Below the pieces are notes generated by a model, which ran no database searches, had not been told where the DNA came from, and was given only the letters and a program-made list of their open reading frames with translations. 64,000 bases of DNA, from assembly GCA_963842085.1 (NCBI GenBank), contig CAWJET010000002.1, forward strand, positions 800,001-864,000, given 5' to 3'. Shown one piece after another: positions 28,673 through 39,625 of the stretch. Each line of letters starts with the position of its first letter. Within the stretch, counting starts at the first letter, position 1. The translations under genes and the position numbers were made by a program. This DNA is from an uncultured delta proteobacterium. GTDB lineage: Bacteria; Desulfobacterota; Binatia; Binatales; Binataceae.

Positions 28673-31069
28673 ATGGCTGAAGGGCAGCCACGAATTACCA
28701 CCGCGGGCTCGCGCGCCGCCGCCGCGTACGCACTGATGATCGGCGGCCTGGTGCTGGTGTACTTGTGGATTCGCTCGTACGGCGAGACGCTCGGCGCACC
28801 CGCGCACGTCGGGAGTAACGTCTTCGGCTCGGCCGCATCGCGTGCGAGCCAGGGCGACCTGCTGCACGTGCTGCTCGCGCTGGTGGTGGTGATCGCGACC
28901 GCGCGAGCGATGGGTTGGGTCTTCCGCAGCGCCAAGCAACCGCAGGTAGTCGGCGAAATTCTGGCCGGAGTCGTGCTTGGTCCGTCGCTGCTCGGGCGGC
29001 TGGCGCCGGGCGCGGAAGGATACCTGTTTCCGGCAGCGGTGGGGCCGTTTCTCAATATCATCGCCCAGGTTGGGGTCATCCTTTATATGTTCCTGGTCGG
29101 GCTCGAGCTCGACCCCGCGCTGCTCCGCAAACGCGGTCACACGACCGTCGCCATCTCCCACGCGAGCATCATCACGCCGTTCCTGCTCGGCGCGCTGATT
29201 GCGCTTTATCTTTATCCGAAGCTATCGACCAGCGACGTGCCGTTCACCTGCTTCTCGCTTTTCCTGGGCGTTTCGATGTCGGTAACCGCGTTTCCGGTGC
29301 TGGCGAGAATCTTAACCGATCGGAGGATTCACAAAACCCGCATGGGTGCGATCGCGCTGACCTGCGCGGCCGTGGACGACGTGACCGCGTGGTGCATGCT
29401 GGCCTTCGTGGTCAGCGTGGCGCGGGCGCAGGCGACCGGCGCAGTGGCGACGATCGCGATGGCGCTGGGGTTTATTCTCCTGATGATCCTGGTGGTGCGG
29501 CCGGCGATGGTCCGGCTGTCGCTGCTGTATGGAAATCGCGGGCGGCTGACGCAGGGCGTGATGGCGTCGATATTCATCGCGCTGCTGATCTCCGCGTCAG
29601 CCACCGAATTGATTGGCATCCATGCCGTGTTCGGCGCGTTCGCGCTTGGGGCCGTGATTCCGCATGACAGCGGGATGGCGCGCGAGCTCACGGACCGCCT
29701 CGAAGACATCGTCATCGTGCTGTTGCTGCCGGCATTTTTCGCATACACGGGACTGCGCACGCAGATCGGGCTGGTCAATGGATACGAGCAATGGATGATG
29801 TGTGCGCTAATCGTGGTCGTCGCGTCGGCCGGCAAGTTTGGCGGCAGCGTAGTCGCGGCGCGAATCACGGGGCTTGGCTGGCGCGACTCGTCGGCGCTCG
29901 GGGTTTTGATGAACACGCGCGGCCTGATGGAACTGATCGTGCTGAATATTGGGTTGGAAATGAACGTCATCTCGCCGACGCTGTTCGCGATGCTGGTGAT
30001 CATGGCGCTGGTCACCACCTTTGCAACGACGCCGATTCTGCATCTGATCACGCGCCGGCAACTTCCGGAGGTCGCGCCGTTTCCGGAGCTCGGCACGTTT
30101 TCGCCCGAACCGGCGGTTTCGCCGCAAGCTCCGATCCTCGCGCCGCATCCAACTCCGCATCCCGCACGGTATCCCGCACCGCGGCCGGCGCAGCCGCCGC
30201 ACCGTCCGATACTGGTCGGTACCGAACACAGCGCCATCCTGGTGCCGGTCTCGAACCCGGAAGGCGTGTCGATCCTGGTCGAGATCGCGCTGGCGGCTAC
30301 GCCGCACGACGCACCGCCGCCGCGCGTTCTCGCACTGGTGAAGACCCCGCCGGGCGGAGTGCGCTCGGGACTGCGCGAGGCCGAGCAGCGCGTGCCGCCC
30401 CGCTCTCCCGCACTGGCCGCGGCATTGGACCTCGCGTTGGAGCGCGGCAGCATCATCACGCCGCAAGCGGTATGGACGACGAACCCCGCGGCGGACATCC
30501 TGGCGTTTGCCAGGGAACCGCAAATCGGATGGTTGCTGCTCGGATCGCATCGCGCGGTCTTCGGATCCGACTTCATGGGCGGCGTGGTGCGCGAAATCCT
30601 CGACAAGGCGCGCGCGTTGCCGGTTCACGTTGCGGTCGTCATTCACGGCGGCGAACGGCCGCTGGACCGGGTGTTTGCGGTGGTGGATCGCGGGACGCAC
30701 GGGCGCGCGGCGCTCGACCTCGCGCTGCGCGTCGCATTGCGCAAGAAGTCCGGCCTGCACGCGGTGCTGGTGCCGGAGAATGGGGCGGAGGAGGACACGG
30801 AACTGCTCGAACTGATTCGCGACGCCGGTCGCGCGCTGGGACGGCGGCTGCATACCGACGTGTTGAGTGCGCCGACCGCTGCGCAACTGGCGCGTCAGAC
30901 GCCAGGCGGCCTGGTCGTAATCGCGACCAACCTCGCCGATAAGGTCGGCCTCTCGCCCGAAGATCTCACCGACCCCAAACGATGCGTGGTGGTGGTGCAG
31001 GGATCAGAAACCGCACCCGCCCGGCTCGGCGCCCGCACAATAGAGCATCATCGAAACGTCAAGCCTTAG
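28673..31069 (+). CDS. cation:proton antiporter (CPA2) with C-terminal USP-like domains
   Basis: [35 protein letters not shown]; Pro-rich linker then [11 protein letters not shown]-like region. Confidence 0.9.
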   Translation: MAEGQPRITTAGSRAAAAYALMIGGLVLVYLWIRSYGETLGAPAHVGSNVFGSAASRASQGDLLHVLLALVVVIATARAMGWVFRSAKQPQVVGEILAGVVLGPSLLGRLAPGAEGYLFPAAVGPFLNIIAQVGVILYMFLVGLELDPALLRKRGHTTVAISHASIITPFLLGALIALYLYPKLSTSDVPFTCFSLFLGVSMSVTAFPVLARILTDRRIHKTRMGAIALTCAAVDDVTAWCMLAFVVSVARAQATGAVATIAMALGFILLMILVVRPAMVRLSLLYGNRGRLTQGVMASIFIALLISASATELIGIHAVFGAFALGAVIPHDSGMARELTDRLEDIVIVLLLPAFFAYTGLRTQIGLVNGYEQWMMCALIVVVASAGKFGGSVVAARITGLGWRDSSALGVLMNTRGLMELIVLNIGLEMNVISPTLFAMLVIMALVTTFATTPILHLITRRQLPEVAPFPELGTFSPEPAVSPQAPILAPHPTPHPARYPAPRPAQPPHRPILVGTEHSAILVPVSNPEGVSILVEIALAATPHDAPPPRVLALVKTPPGGVRSGLREAEQRVPPRSPALAAALDLALERGSIITPQAVWTTNPAADILAFAREPQIGWLLLGSHRAVFGSDFMGGVVREILDKARALPVHVAVVIHGGERPLDRVFAVVDRGTHGRAALDLALRVALRKKSGLHAVLVPENGAEEDTELLELIRDAGRALGRRLHTDVLSAPTAAQLARQTPGGLVVIATNLADKVGLSPEDLTDPKRCVVVVQGSETAPARLGARTIEHHRNVKP

Positions 31070-31799
31070 CCGGCCCGGATTCGCGGGCCAGCTGCTCGTT
31101 GGTCACTTCCTCGACGCCGAGCCAATTGTAGAAGAAGCCGCCGATTGCGGCGCCGGCGATTGGCGCGACCCAGAACAGCCATAACTGCGCCAGTGCCCAT
31201 CCGCCGACGAACAGCGCCGGGCCGGTGCTGCGCGCAGGATTCACCGAAGTGTTGTCGACCGGGATGCTGATCAGATGAATCAGCGTCAGCACGAGACCGA
31301 TCGGAATGGGCGCGAAGCCGACGGCCACCCGCTTGTCGGTCGAGCCCAGGATCACGATCAGGAACATGAAGGTCAGCACGAACTCGGCGACAAAAGCCGC
31401 GAGAAGACTGTAGCCGCCCGGCGAATGCACGCCGTACCCGTTGGCCGCGAACCCTGCGCTCAGGTCGAATCCCGCGGCGCCGCTGGCAATCACGTAGAGC
31501 ACGGTCGAGGCGAGAATAGCGCCAATCAGTTGCGCGATAATGTAGGGTGGGACTTCGCGCGCCGGGAATCGCTTGCCGGCCCACAATCCGATCGTAACCG
31601 CGGGATTGATATGGCATCCCGAGATCGATCCGATCGTGAACGCCATCGTAAGGAGGGTCAGGCCAAACGCAAACGCCACTCCTAGAAATCCGATTCCGAC
31701 CTTGGGAAAGCCCGCGGCAAGCACAGCGCTGCCGCATCCGCCGAAAACGAGCCAGAAGGTGCCGATCAACTCCGCTGCAAAACGCCGCGACATGCTCAT
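31059..31799 (-). CDS. aqpZ: aquaporin Z
   Basis: [29 protein letters not shown]. Confidence 0.95.
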   Translation of the reverse strand: MSMSRRFAAELIGTFWLVFGGCGSAVLAAGFPKVGIGFLGVAFAFGLTLLTMAFTIGSISGCHINPAVTIGLWAGKRFPAREVPPYIIAQLIGAILASTVLYVIASGAAGFDLSAGFAANGYGVHSPGGYSLLAAFVAEFVLTFMFLIVILGSTDKRVAVGFAPIPIGLVLTLIHLISIPVDNTSVNPARSTGPALFVGGWALAQLWLFWVAPIAGAAIGGFFYNWLGVEEVTNEQLARESGPAKA

Positions 31800-31894
31800 G
31801 GCCGCTCTCCCTGAAGTTCGAGACGTTGAATCGGTTCAGCGGTATCGCGGCGCGGAGTCAAACGCAAACCAATCAGACGAGTCGCAACAAATCG

Positions 31895-32491
31895 CTACTT
31901 CTTGATCGCCTCGACGTCGATTGAAATAGCCACCTCGTCGCCGACCAGCACGCCGCCCGCCTCCAGGGCTTTGTTCCAGGTGAGGCCGAAATCGCTGCGC
32001 TTGATCTTCGTCGTCGCCGACGCGCCCGCGCGCGTGTTGCCCATCGGATCGTGAATCGGCGGCCCGCTTTGTTCAACCTCGAGCACGACCGGCCTGGTCA
32101 CGCCGTGAATCGTCAGGTCGCCGGTCACCTTCCACTGGTCCGGTCCGGCGGCTTCGACCTTGGTCGATTTGAACGTGATGGTCGGATACTTGGCGACATC
32201 GAGAAAGTCGTGACTCTTCAGATGAGCGTCGCGCATCTCGACCCGCGTATCGACCGACGACGCGTCGATGATCGCGTCGATCTTTGCCGAGGCCGGATCG
32301 TTGCCGCTGGCGGTAATCGTTCCCGAGGTCTTTTGGAATTGGCCTTTCACGTTCGAAATCATCATGTGGCGCACGGTGAACTCGACGTTGGTGTGCGCGG
32401 GATCGATTTGCCAGGTATCGGCCTGCGCGAGCACCGGGAGCGCGACCACCATCGTAACCGTGATTGCTGTTTTGGAGAGCCAGGCCTTCAT
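31895..32491 (-). CDS. YceI-family periplasmic lipid/polyisoprenoid-binding protein
   Basis: WQIDPAH, RDAHLKS.DF, GDLTIHGVT, RSDFG. Confidence 0.92.
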   Translation of the reverse strand: MKAWLSKTAITVTMVVALPVLAQADTWQIDPAHTNVEFTVRHMMISNVKGQFQKTSGTITASGNDPASAKIDAIIDASSVDTRVEMRDAHLKSHDFLDVAKYPTITFKSTKVEAAGPDQWKVTGDLTIHGVTRPVVLEVEQSGPPIHDPMGNTRAGASATTKIKRSDFGLTWNKALEAGGVLVGDEVAISIDVEAIKK

Positions 32492-32569
32492 AGGAGCTCC
32501 TTGCGTTGAACGCGAATCAATATAGCTGCGGTATTGAACACGCAGAGTGGGCGTCTGGCAAGCATGAAA

Positions 32570-33868
32570 TTACGAAGCGACCGCGTGCATCCCGACCGAC
32601 TTGAGGCGCGTGAGCAGCACGATTCCGCTGAGCAGCGTGATCGCGCCGCATAAAACTACCGTTTGCATCGGGCCCAGGTGCGTGCCCATGTAGCCGACCT
32701 CGAGCGCGCCGAGCGGGGTCATCCCGACGGCTGCGAGCTGATAGGTGCTCATTACGCGACCGCGCAGATCGTCGCTGACGAACAGTTGCACGAGGGTGTT
32801 GTTGCTCGCTCTGAAGTTGGTCAGTCCGGTGCCGATCACAAATTGCGCGGCCAGCGAAAGCGCTATCGAGCGCGATAGTCCGAAGACCAGGATTCCAGCC
32901 GCGGAAAGAAAAAGCCCCGCGATGAGATTGTTCCTGATTCCCCGTGTCGTCACGCGCGAGGCCAGCGTCGCCGCGCCGACCACCGAACCCAGGCCCTGGA
33001 TCGCGACCAGGAATCCGTAAGTGCGGGCACCGCCGTGCAGCACGTTTTTGGCGAACAGCGGAACCAGCACCAGGTACTGGTAGCCGAAGCCGTTGGTCAC
33101 TGCTGCCAACGCCATCTGGTAGAAGATCGGGCGGTTGCGCCAGACGTAGGCAAGACCTTCGCGCGCCTGATGGTACATGCGCATCCCCACGCCGCTTATC
33201 ACGCGGGCCGGGATGTCCATCTGGACCAGGCTCCAGATCACGGCGAGGAAACTCACGCCGTTGATGAAAAAACATGTGCCGATGCCGAGCCACGCGATCA
33301 GCAATCCCGCGGCTGCCGGACCCAGCATGCGCGCGCTGTTGAACATCATCGAGTTGAGCGCGATCGCGTTGGCGAGATCTTCGTAGCCCACCATCTCGAC
33401 CACGAACGACTGGCGTCCGGGCATGTCAAACGAGCCGACGGTGCCGTTGAATGCGGCGAGCAGGATCACGTGCTCGACGCGCACCGTGCCAGTCCAGGTC
33501 AGCACCGCGAGCGTGAAGGCGCTCAGCATCAGCAGGATTTGCGTCGCGATTATCAGGCGGCGGCGATCGACGCGGTCCACCATCACGCCGGCGAACAAGC
33601 CGACCAGCAGGATTGGAGTGAATTGCGCGAACGATACTACCCCGAGCATCGTCGCCGAGTTCGTCAGCTTCAGCACCAGCCACGCCTGCGCAGCGCTCTG
33701 CATCCAGGTGCCGGCCAGGGAGATGAGCTGGCCGAAGAAATACAGCCGATAGTTGCGATGGCGCAGCGCGCGAAACGCCCCGCGGCTCTCGCTCGAAACC
33801 TCGCCCGGCGATTGAAGCTGAACGCTCCGGCTATTCTTTGCCTCGGGCGCGACGTCGCTATCAGCCAC
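32570..33868 (-). CDS. MFS transporter
   Basis: LRHRNYRLYF.GQ..S..GTWMQ, DRVDRRR, 12-TM pattern; GTG start overlaps ECH stop. Confidence 0.9.
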   Translation of the reverse strand: MADSDVAPEAKNSRSVQLQSPGEVSSESRGAFRALRHRNYRLYFFGQLISLAGTWMQSAAQAWLVLKLTNSATMLGVVSFAQFTPILLVGLFAGVMVDRVDRRRLIIATQILLMLSAFTLAVLTWTGTVRVEHVILLAAFNGTVGSFDMPGRQSFVVEMVGYEDLANAIALNSMMFNSARMLGPAAAGLLIAWLGIGTCFFINGVSFLAVIWSLVQMDIPARVISGVGMRMYHQAREGLAYVWRNRPIFYQMALAAVTNGFGYQYLVLVPLFAKNVLHGGARTYGFLVAIQGLGSVVGAATLASRVTTRGIRNNLIAGLFLSAAGILVFGLSRSIALSLAAQFVIGTGLTNFRASNNTLVQLFVSDDLRGRVMSTYQLAAVGMTPLGALEVGYMGTHLGPMQTVVLCGAITLLSGIVLLTRLKSVGMHAVAS

Positions 33869-34616
33869 GGCGCGCCGATTTGTTGGTGAAGGCCGCGAGC
33901 CGCTCGCGCATGTCGGGACCGACGCCGGGGCTTCGGTACACCTCATGCGCCAGGCCGGCGGCCAGCGGCAAGCCGTCGGTCTCGATCAACAGACGCTTGT
34001 TGGCGCGATGACTGAACCATGAATTGGCAAGGATCGTGTCGGCCATCGCGCGAAGTTCCCGGTCGAACGAATCGTCGGGCACGCAGAGGTTGGCCAGGCC
34101 CATCGCGGCGGCCTCGGCACCGGAGTAAGTCCGGCAGGTCAGCATCATCTCGCGCGCCTTGGACGGTCCGACGCGTCGCGGCAAACGCTGGCTCATCCCC
34201 CACATTGGAGTCAGCGCCCATCGCGCATGAGTGTCGGCGAATTTCGCGGACTCCGCCGCGACGATCAGATCTGCTGCCAGCGCCAGTTCGAGCGCGCCGG
34301 TGTAGCAATGCCCATGCACGGCGGAAATGACGGGCTGCGGAAGATCCGCGAGCCGCTCGATCGTCTCGGACTGAAAGTTCGGTTTCGGCGGGCGCTCGCC
34401 CTTCGCGATGTCCGCGAGATCGTGCCCCGCGGAGAAGCACTTGCCCGCACCGCGCACGACGACAAGGCCGACGCGCTCGGTTTCGCGCGCAATCTGGTCA
34501 ACGTGCGCCCGCAATTCGACGAACATCCCGACATTGAGCGAGTTGAGTTTCTCGGGGCGATTCAGCGTCAGCGTGGCGAGACCATCCCGGTCTTCGCGAA
34601 GCACTAATCCAGCCAT
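33861..34616 (-). CDS. enoyl-CoA hydratase/isomerase
   Basis: TLNRPEKLN, FSAGHDL, GALELALAAD. Confidence 0.92.
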   Translation of the reverse strand: MAGLVLREDRDGLATLTLNRPEKLNSLNVGMFVELRAHVDQIARETERVGLVVVRGAGKCFSAGHDLADIAKGERPPKPNFQSETIERLADLPQPVISAVHGHCYTGALELALAADLIVAAESAKFADTHARWALTPMWGMSQRLPRRVGPSKAREMMLTCRTYSGAEAAAMGLANLCVPDDSFDRELRAMADTILANSWFSHRANKRLLIETDGLPLAAGLAHEVYRSPGVGPDMRERLAAFTNKSARRG

Positions 34617-34804
34617 GTTGTCCTCCGATCGACGATCGCAGACTAACCAGCAAGGTGCAGGTTCGCAAATAAGCGAGTCCGAAATTCGCGCGCCGCGTTT
34701 GACGAAGCCCTGCGCTGGTGCTGATCTTCGGCAAGCAGATCGGCGCGCGGTCGATCACGCGTTCCCGACGACGACCGCGCTTCCGATCCTCGAGGAGGCC
34801 GCTA

Positions 34805-36310
34805 ATGGGAGCACGCACGGGGAAAGAGTTTCTGGCCGGACTGTCGAAGCCACGCGAAGTCTGGGTCGGCGACGACAAGGTGACCGACATCGTGTCGCAT
34901 CCCGCTTTCGCCGGGGCAGCGCAAACTCTGGCGCAGATTTTCGACCTGCAGCATCAAGCGCGCGACGTCTGCCTGATGCCGGATCCTGAGACTGGCGAGC
35001 CGATCAACCTGAGTCACATGATTCCGCGCTCGCTCGCCGACCTCGAACGGCGCCACGCATGCCTCCAAACAATCGCGGAGTTCACCGTCGGCCTGATGGG
35101 CCGCACGCCCGACTATATGAACGTCACCTTCGCCGGCTTTGCCGGACGCGCCGCGGAGTGGGCCGTCAACGGCAACGAGCGCGGCGCGGCGAACCTGGTC
35201 GCGTATCAGAAGTTCCTCGCGCGCAACGACATCTCGCTGACGCACACGATCATTCATCCCACCATCGACAAGTCCAAAGGCGACGTTCCTGAGCCTGGCA
35301 ACGACGTCGCGCTGCACAAGGTCGCGGACACTGCGCACGGGATCGTTGTACGCGGCGCGAGGATCCTCGCGACGCTGGCGCCCTTCGCCGACGAAATCGC
35401 GGTTTACCCCGCCGTGCCTTTATCCGAAGGCACCGAAGCGTACGCGCTGTCATTTTGCATTCCGATGGACACGCCGGGGCTGAAGTTCCTGTGCCGCGAC
35501 AGTTGCTCGACTCCCCCCAATCGCTTCGATCATCCGCTGTCGAGCCGCTTCGACGAGCAGGACGCGTTCGTGATTTTCGACGATGTCGAGGTCCCACGCG
35601 ATCGCGTCTTCATCAACGCCAATCGCGACGCCTACAACACCGTGATGATGACCGGCTGGTATCCGAACATCATGCAGCAGACGATGATTCGGGCGCAGAC
35701 CAAGCTCGAGTTCGCCTACGGGCTCGCGACCCGGATGGCGGAAGCGATCAACGATTTTTCGCCGGCGACCAGGCAGATGCTCGGCGAAATCTGGACCTAC
35801 GCGGAGTTCGCGCGCGCCGCGATCCGCAGCGCGGAGGTCGAGGCCTTCGATTACGGCAACGGCGTGTGGTTCCCCAACGGCAGTCCGATGGCAGCATTGC
35901 GCGCCGCGCTGCCGACCTGGTTCCCGCGCGTCGGCGAGATCATCACACTGATCGGCTCGCACAATCTGCTCGCCGCGCCCACGCATGCACAGCTCGACGA
36001 CCCCAAGCTCCGCCCTCTCATCGACAGGTATCTGCGCGGCGCCGGCCAGATGGGATCTGAGGAGCGCGCGCGAATCTTCCGGCTGGCGTGGGACTTCGTC
36101 GGCAGCGCCCTTGCCAGTCGCAACGAATTGTACGAGCGCTTCTACCTGGCGTCGGGCGCGCGAAATTATCAGCTGGCAAATGCGCTCGCGCCAAAGGAAC
36201 GGGCGCGGCGGCTCGTCGACGGTATTCTCGGCGAGCGTCCGGTTGCGGCCGACGTTCAAGCGAGCCCGCCAAAACGGAAAATCAATCTCACCATGGAGAC
36301 TCTCAGATGA
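34805..36310 (+). CDS. 4-hydroxyphenylacetate 3-hydroxylase-like FADH2-dependent monooxygenase, oxygenase component
   Basis: MGRTPDY, HPLSSRFDEQD, RLAWD, RNELYERF (HpaB family). Confidence 0.9.
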   Translation: MGARTGKEFLAGLSKPREVWVGDDKVTDIVSHPAFAGAAQTLAQIFDLQHQARDVCLMPDPETGEPINLSHMIPRSLADLERRHACLQTIAEFTVGLMGRTPDYMNVTFAGFAGRAAEWAVNGNERGAANLVAYQKFLARNDISLTHTIIHPTIDKSKGDVPEPGNDVALHKVADTAHGIVVRGARILATLAPFADEIAVYPAVPLSEGTEAYALSFCIPMDTPGLKFLCRDSCSTPPNRFDHPLSSRFDEQDAFVIFDDVEVPRDRVFINANRDAYNTVMMTGWYPNIMQQTMIRAQTKLEFAYGLATRMAEAINDFSPATRQMLGEIWTYAEFARAAIRSAEVEAFDYGNGVWFPNGSPMAALRAALPTWFPRVGEIITLIGSHNLLAAPTHAQLDDPKLRPLIDRYLRGAGQMGSEERARIFRLAWDFVGSALASRNELYERFYLASGARNYQLANALAPKERARRLVDGILGERPVAADVQASPPKRKINLTMETLR

Positions 36311-37759
36311 GCACCGCGAAAATCGCCGGCGTTGACGTATCGACCGGGCACTTCATCGGCGGCAGGCGGGTCGGGTCAAAGCAAACTTTCGAGGTCCATT
36401 CACCGATCGACGGAAAACATCTCGCCGACGTAAGCGCCGGCGGCGCAGCGGAAATCGATGCGGCGGTGGCCGCCGCGCGGCGCGCATTTCCAAAGTGGGC
36501 CGGGCTCGGACCCGACGGACGCCATCGCGTCTTGAAGCGCTTCGCACAAGTGATCCGCGATCATGCCAAAGAACTCGCGGCGGTCGAGACTGCCGACAAC
36601 GGCTCGTTGTTGATGGGCAATCTCGCGCGCGTGATTCCGCGCGCAGCCCACAACATCGAGTTCTTCGCGGACCGGGCGCTGAAGCTAGGCCACGAGCAAA
36701 TCGATTCGCCCGAGGTGATCAATCACGTACTCTACGATCCGGCCGGCGTCGCGGCACTCATCACGCCGTGGAACGCGCCGTTCATGCTGACGACGTGGAA
36801 GGTCGGGCCGGCTCTGGCGGCGGGCGACACCGTCGTCGTCAAACCGCCCGAATGGGCGCCACTCACTTGCTCGATGATGGCGGATCTCGCCGACGAGGCC
36901 GGCATCCCCACGGGCGTCCTCAACGTCGTGCAGGGTATCGGCGAAGAAGCGGGCGCGGCGCTCGCGGCCCATCCCGATATAGACAGGCTGAGCTTCACCG
37001 GCTCGACCGACACTGCCAAGCTGATCGGGCAGTCTACCGCGCGCTCGCTGACTCCCGTCAGCTTCGAGCTCGGCGGCAAGTCTCCCTACATCGTATGCGC
37101 CGACGCCGACCTCGACGCGGCCGCGCAGACCGCCGCGGGACAGTACATCAACGCGGGTCAGGTTTGCCTGGCGGGTACGCGCCTGCTCGTTGACGCCTCA
37201 GTCGCCGACGATTTTCAGGGCCGGTTTCGCGGCGGCCGCACACATGACGGTTGGCGATCCGCGCGAGAAAAGCACGCGCGTCGGTCCACTCATCACGCCC
37301 GAACACTTCCGTCGCGTCGAAGGCTTCGTCGATCGCGCGCTCAAGTCCGGGGTCAAACGGCTTTGGGGAGGCAAGCGTCACAGCGCCGGCGAGCTGTACT
37401 TCGAACCCACTTTGCTCGAAGGCGTGCGGCAGGACATGGAGATAGTGCAGCGCGAAGTCTTTGGCCCCGTGCTGACGTGGCAAACGTTTCGCGACGAGGA
37501 CGAGCTGCTCGAACTCGCCAACGGAACCCATTATGGTCTCGCCGCGATGGTCTTCAGCAGGAATGAGGAACGCGCGATGCGGATCGCCGACCGCGTCACC
37601 GCCGGCACGGTGTGGGTAAACTGCTTCTTTGTTCGCGAGCTGGCCGCCCCATTCGGCGGCAGCCGCGATTCCGGCATCGGACGCGAAGGCGGCAACTGGA
37701 GCTTCGACTTCTACTGCGACGTCAAGAACATCGCAGCATTGAAAGGATCGTTTGCCTGA
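36307..37759 (+). pseudogene. ring-cleavage semialdehyde dehydrogenase (HpaE/XylG-like), frameshifted
   Basis: TPWNAP, FTGS, ELGGK, AGQVCLAG in one frame; EVFGPV, PFGG.RDSGIGREGG in another; shift at ~37228-37236 (may be a sequencing error). Confidence 0.8.
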
Positions 37760-37795
37760 GCGGGCGACCACAACTGAGTTATCGGAGAATAGCCA

Positions 37796-38647
37796 ATGAG
37801 TGTACTTGACGGACCGAGGGAAGAATGGCGGCGAGTCCTTCACGAAGGACAGCCTAAGTGGGTGCGTCCGGATGGCGATCGTCTTGTGCTTGGCGACGGC
37901 CGGCGTATCGCCGATGCGGAGGCGACCTACCTGCCGCCGTGCGACCCGACTAAAATCCTATGCATTCATTTGAACTACGATTCGCGCCGAGTCGAGTTCA
38001 AAGCGCCGATGCTCGAGACGCCAACCTACTTTCAGAAGCCCGTAACCGCCTTGAACTCTCACCGCGGCGTGCTATGCCGCCCGGCCGGACACAAGTACCT
38101 CAACTATGAAGGCGAAGTAGGCGTGATCATCGGCAAGCCCGCGCGCAATGTCAGTCGCGAAGAGGCCTGGGACTATATCGCCGGGTTCGCGCCCGCGAAT
38201 GACGTCGGATGCCAGGACTATCGCGACACCGATGCCGGCTCGATGCTGCGGGTAAAAGGTCAGGACGGCTTCTGCCCTATAGGTCCCGGAATAGTCAGTG
38301 GAGTTGATATTCGCAAATCGACTTTGCGCACCTACATCAACGGCAAGATGGTCCAGGAGGGAGCAATCTCGGAAATGCTATTTCCAATTGACTATATACT
38401 CGCCGACCTGTCCCGGTTCATCACTCTGCTTCCCGGCGACATCATACTATCCGGCACGCCGAAGAACTCCCGCCCGATGAACGTCGGTGACCTGGTCGAA
38501 GTCGAGGTGAGCGGTCTCGGGCGTCTGTCAAATAAGGTTGTAGAAACCCCTGCGCCCGTGCATAAAGTTGGTCATCAGCCGACCGACACAGATTCGGTAC
38601 GGCGTGTCGCACTCGGTTCCGACTGGGTTCGCAGCGACGCTCGATAA
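37796..38647 (+). CDS. fumarylacetoacetate hydrolase-family protein (HpaG-like)
   Basis: YEGE, ANDV, KGQDGFCPIGP, LLPGDIILSGTP. Confidence 0.9.
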   Translation: MSVLDGPREEWRRVLHEGQPKWVRPDGDRLVLGDGRRIADAEATYLPPCDPTKILCIHLNYDSRRVEFKAPMLETPTYFQKPVTALNSHRGVLCRPAGHKYLNYEGEVGVIIGKPARNVSREEAWDYIAGFAPANDVGCQDYRDTDAGSMLRVKGQDGFCPIGPGIVSGVDIRKSTLRTYINGKMVQEGAISEMLFPIDYILADLSRFITLLPGDIILSGTPKNSRPMNVGDLVEVEVSGLGRLSNKVVETPAPVHKVGHQPTDTDSVRRVALGSDWVRSDAR

Positions 38648-38663
38648 ATGCTCGGAGGAAAAT

Positions 38664-39560
38664 ATGATCCAGGTAACAGAGTTGGGCTACATGGGTGTCG
38701 GGGTGAAGGATCTCGACGCGTGGAAGAATTTCGCGACCAGCATAGTCGGCTTCGAACTCGCCGAAGAAGGCGAGCCCGATCGATGCTACCTGCGAATGGA
38801 CTACCTGCATCATCGGCTCGTCCTGCATGCCGACGGCAGCGACGACCTTGCCTACCTGGGCTTCCGCGTCGCCGGCGCCGACGAATTCGCACAAATGCAG
38901 CGACAGCTATCGGAAGCGGGGATAAAGTTTCGCGTCGGTTCCGAGGACGAAGCTGACGAGCGTCGAGTGCTCGAAGTTCTCAAGCTCAACGACCCCGACG
39001 GCAATCCGATCGAAATCTTCCACGGCCCGATGACGCAGTTCAGCAAGCCGTTCCATCCCGGCCGCGCGATGCACGGGCGATTCAAGACCGGCGCCGGTGG
39101 ATTGGGACATTGCATCATTCGCGAGCGCGACGTCGATGCGGCCCAGCGGTTCTATGCTCAGCTCGGAATGCGCGGTGGCGTCGAGTACAAGTTCGGCGGC
39201 GGCAAGCGCGCCGTCGCCCTCGTCTTCATGCATTGCAACGAACGCGACCACACCGTTGCCTTCGGAATCCCGGGAGCCGATCGCCGACTCAACCACATCA
39301 TGCTCGAGGTGGACAACCTCGACGACGTAGGCATGACCTATGACCTGGTTCGCAAGAACAACATCCCGGTCACGATCACGCCCGGCAAGCACTCAAACGA
39401 TCACATGTACTCATTTTATTTCCGCAATCCGTCGGGATGGATGTTCGAATATGGATGGGGCGCACGGCCGGCCACCTATCAGTCCGAATACTTTGTCGAA
39501 GACGTTTACGGGCATCGTCCTGAAGCGGGCGGCTTCGATCTGCCCGGTGAAAAGAAGTAG
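38664..39560 (+). CDS. type I extradiol ring-cleavage dioxygenase, NahC/BphC-like
   Basis: ELGYMG, LRMDY.HHR, PFHPGR.MHG.F.TG..GLGHC, FMHCN.RDH, LNHIMLE, PSGW.FEYGW. Confidence 0.9.
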   Translation: MIQVTELGYMGVGVKDLDAWKNFATSIVGFELAEEGEPDRCYLRMDYLHHRLVLHADGSDDLAYLGFRVAGADEFAQMQRQLSEAGIKFRVGSEDEADERRVLEVLKLNDPDGNPIEIFHGPMTQFSKPFHPGRAMHGRFKTGAGGLGHCIIRERDVDAAQRFYAQLGMRGGVEYKFGGGKRAVALVFMHCNERDHTVAFGIPGADRRLNHIMLEVDNLDDVGMTYDLVRKNNIPVTITPGKHSNDHMYSFYFRNPSGWMFEYGWGARPATYQSEYFVEDVYGHRPEAGGFDLPGEKK

Positions 39561-39625
39561 ATGAGCCGCGCTCCAACTCAAAACCTTGAATCGCCGGCGC
39601 AGACCGATTAACACCTGATGTAGCT

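Noticed and set aside
29329-30942. Long alternative-frame and antisense ORFs (also 19916-20827, 43694-44980, 53458-55122, 13761-14816)
   Set aside because: Shadows of real genes in GC-rich DNA; Arg/Ala/Pro-rich with no motifs
31059-31069. Convergent overlap of antiporter and aqpZ
   Set aside because: An 11-bp tail-to-tail overlap is ordinary
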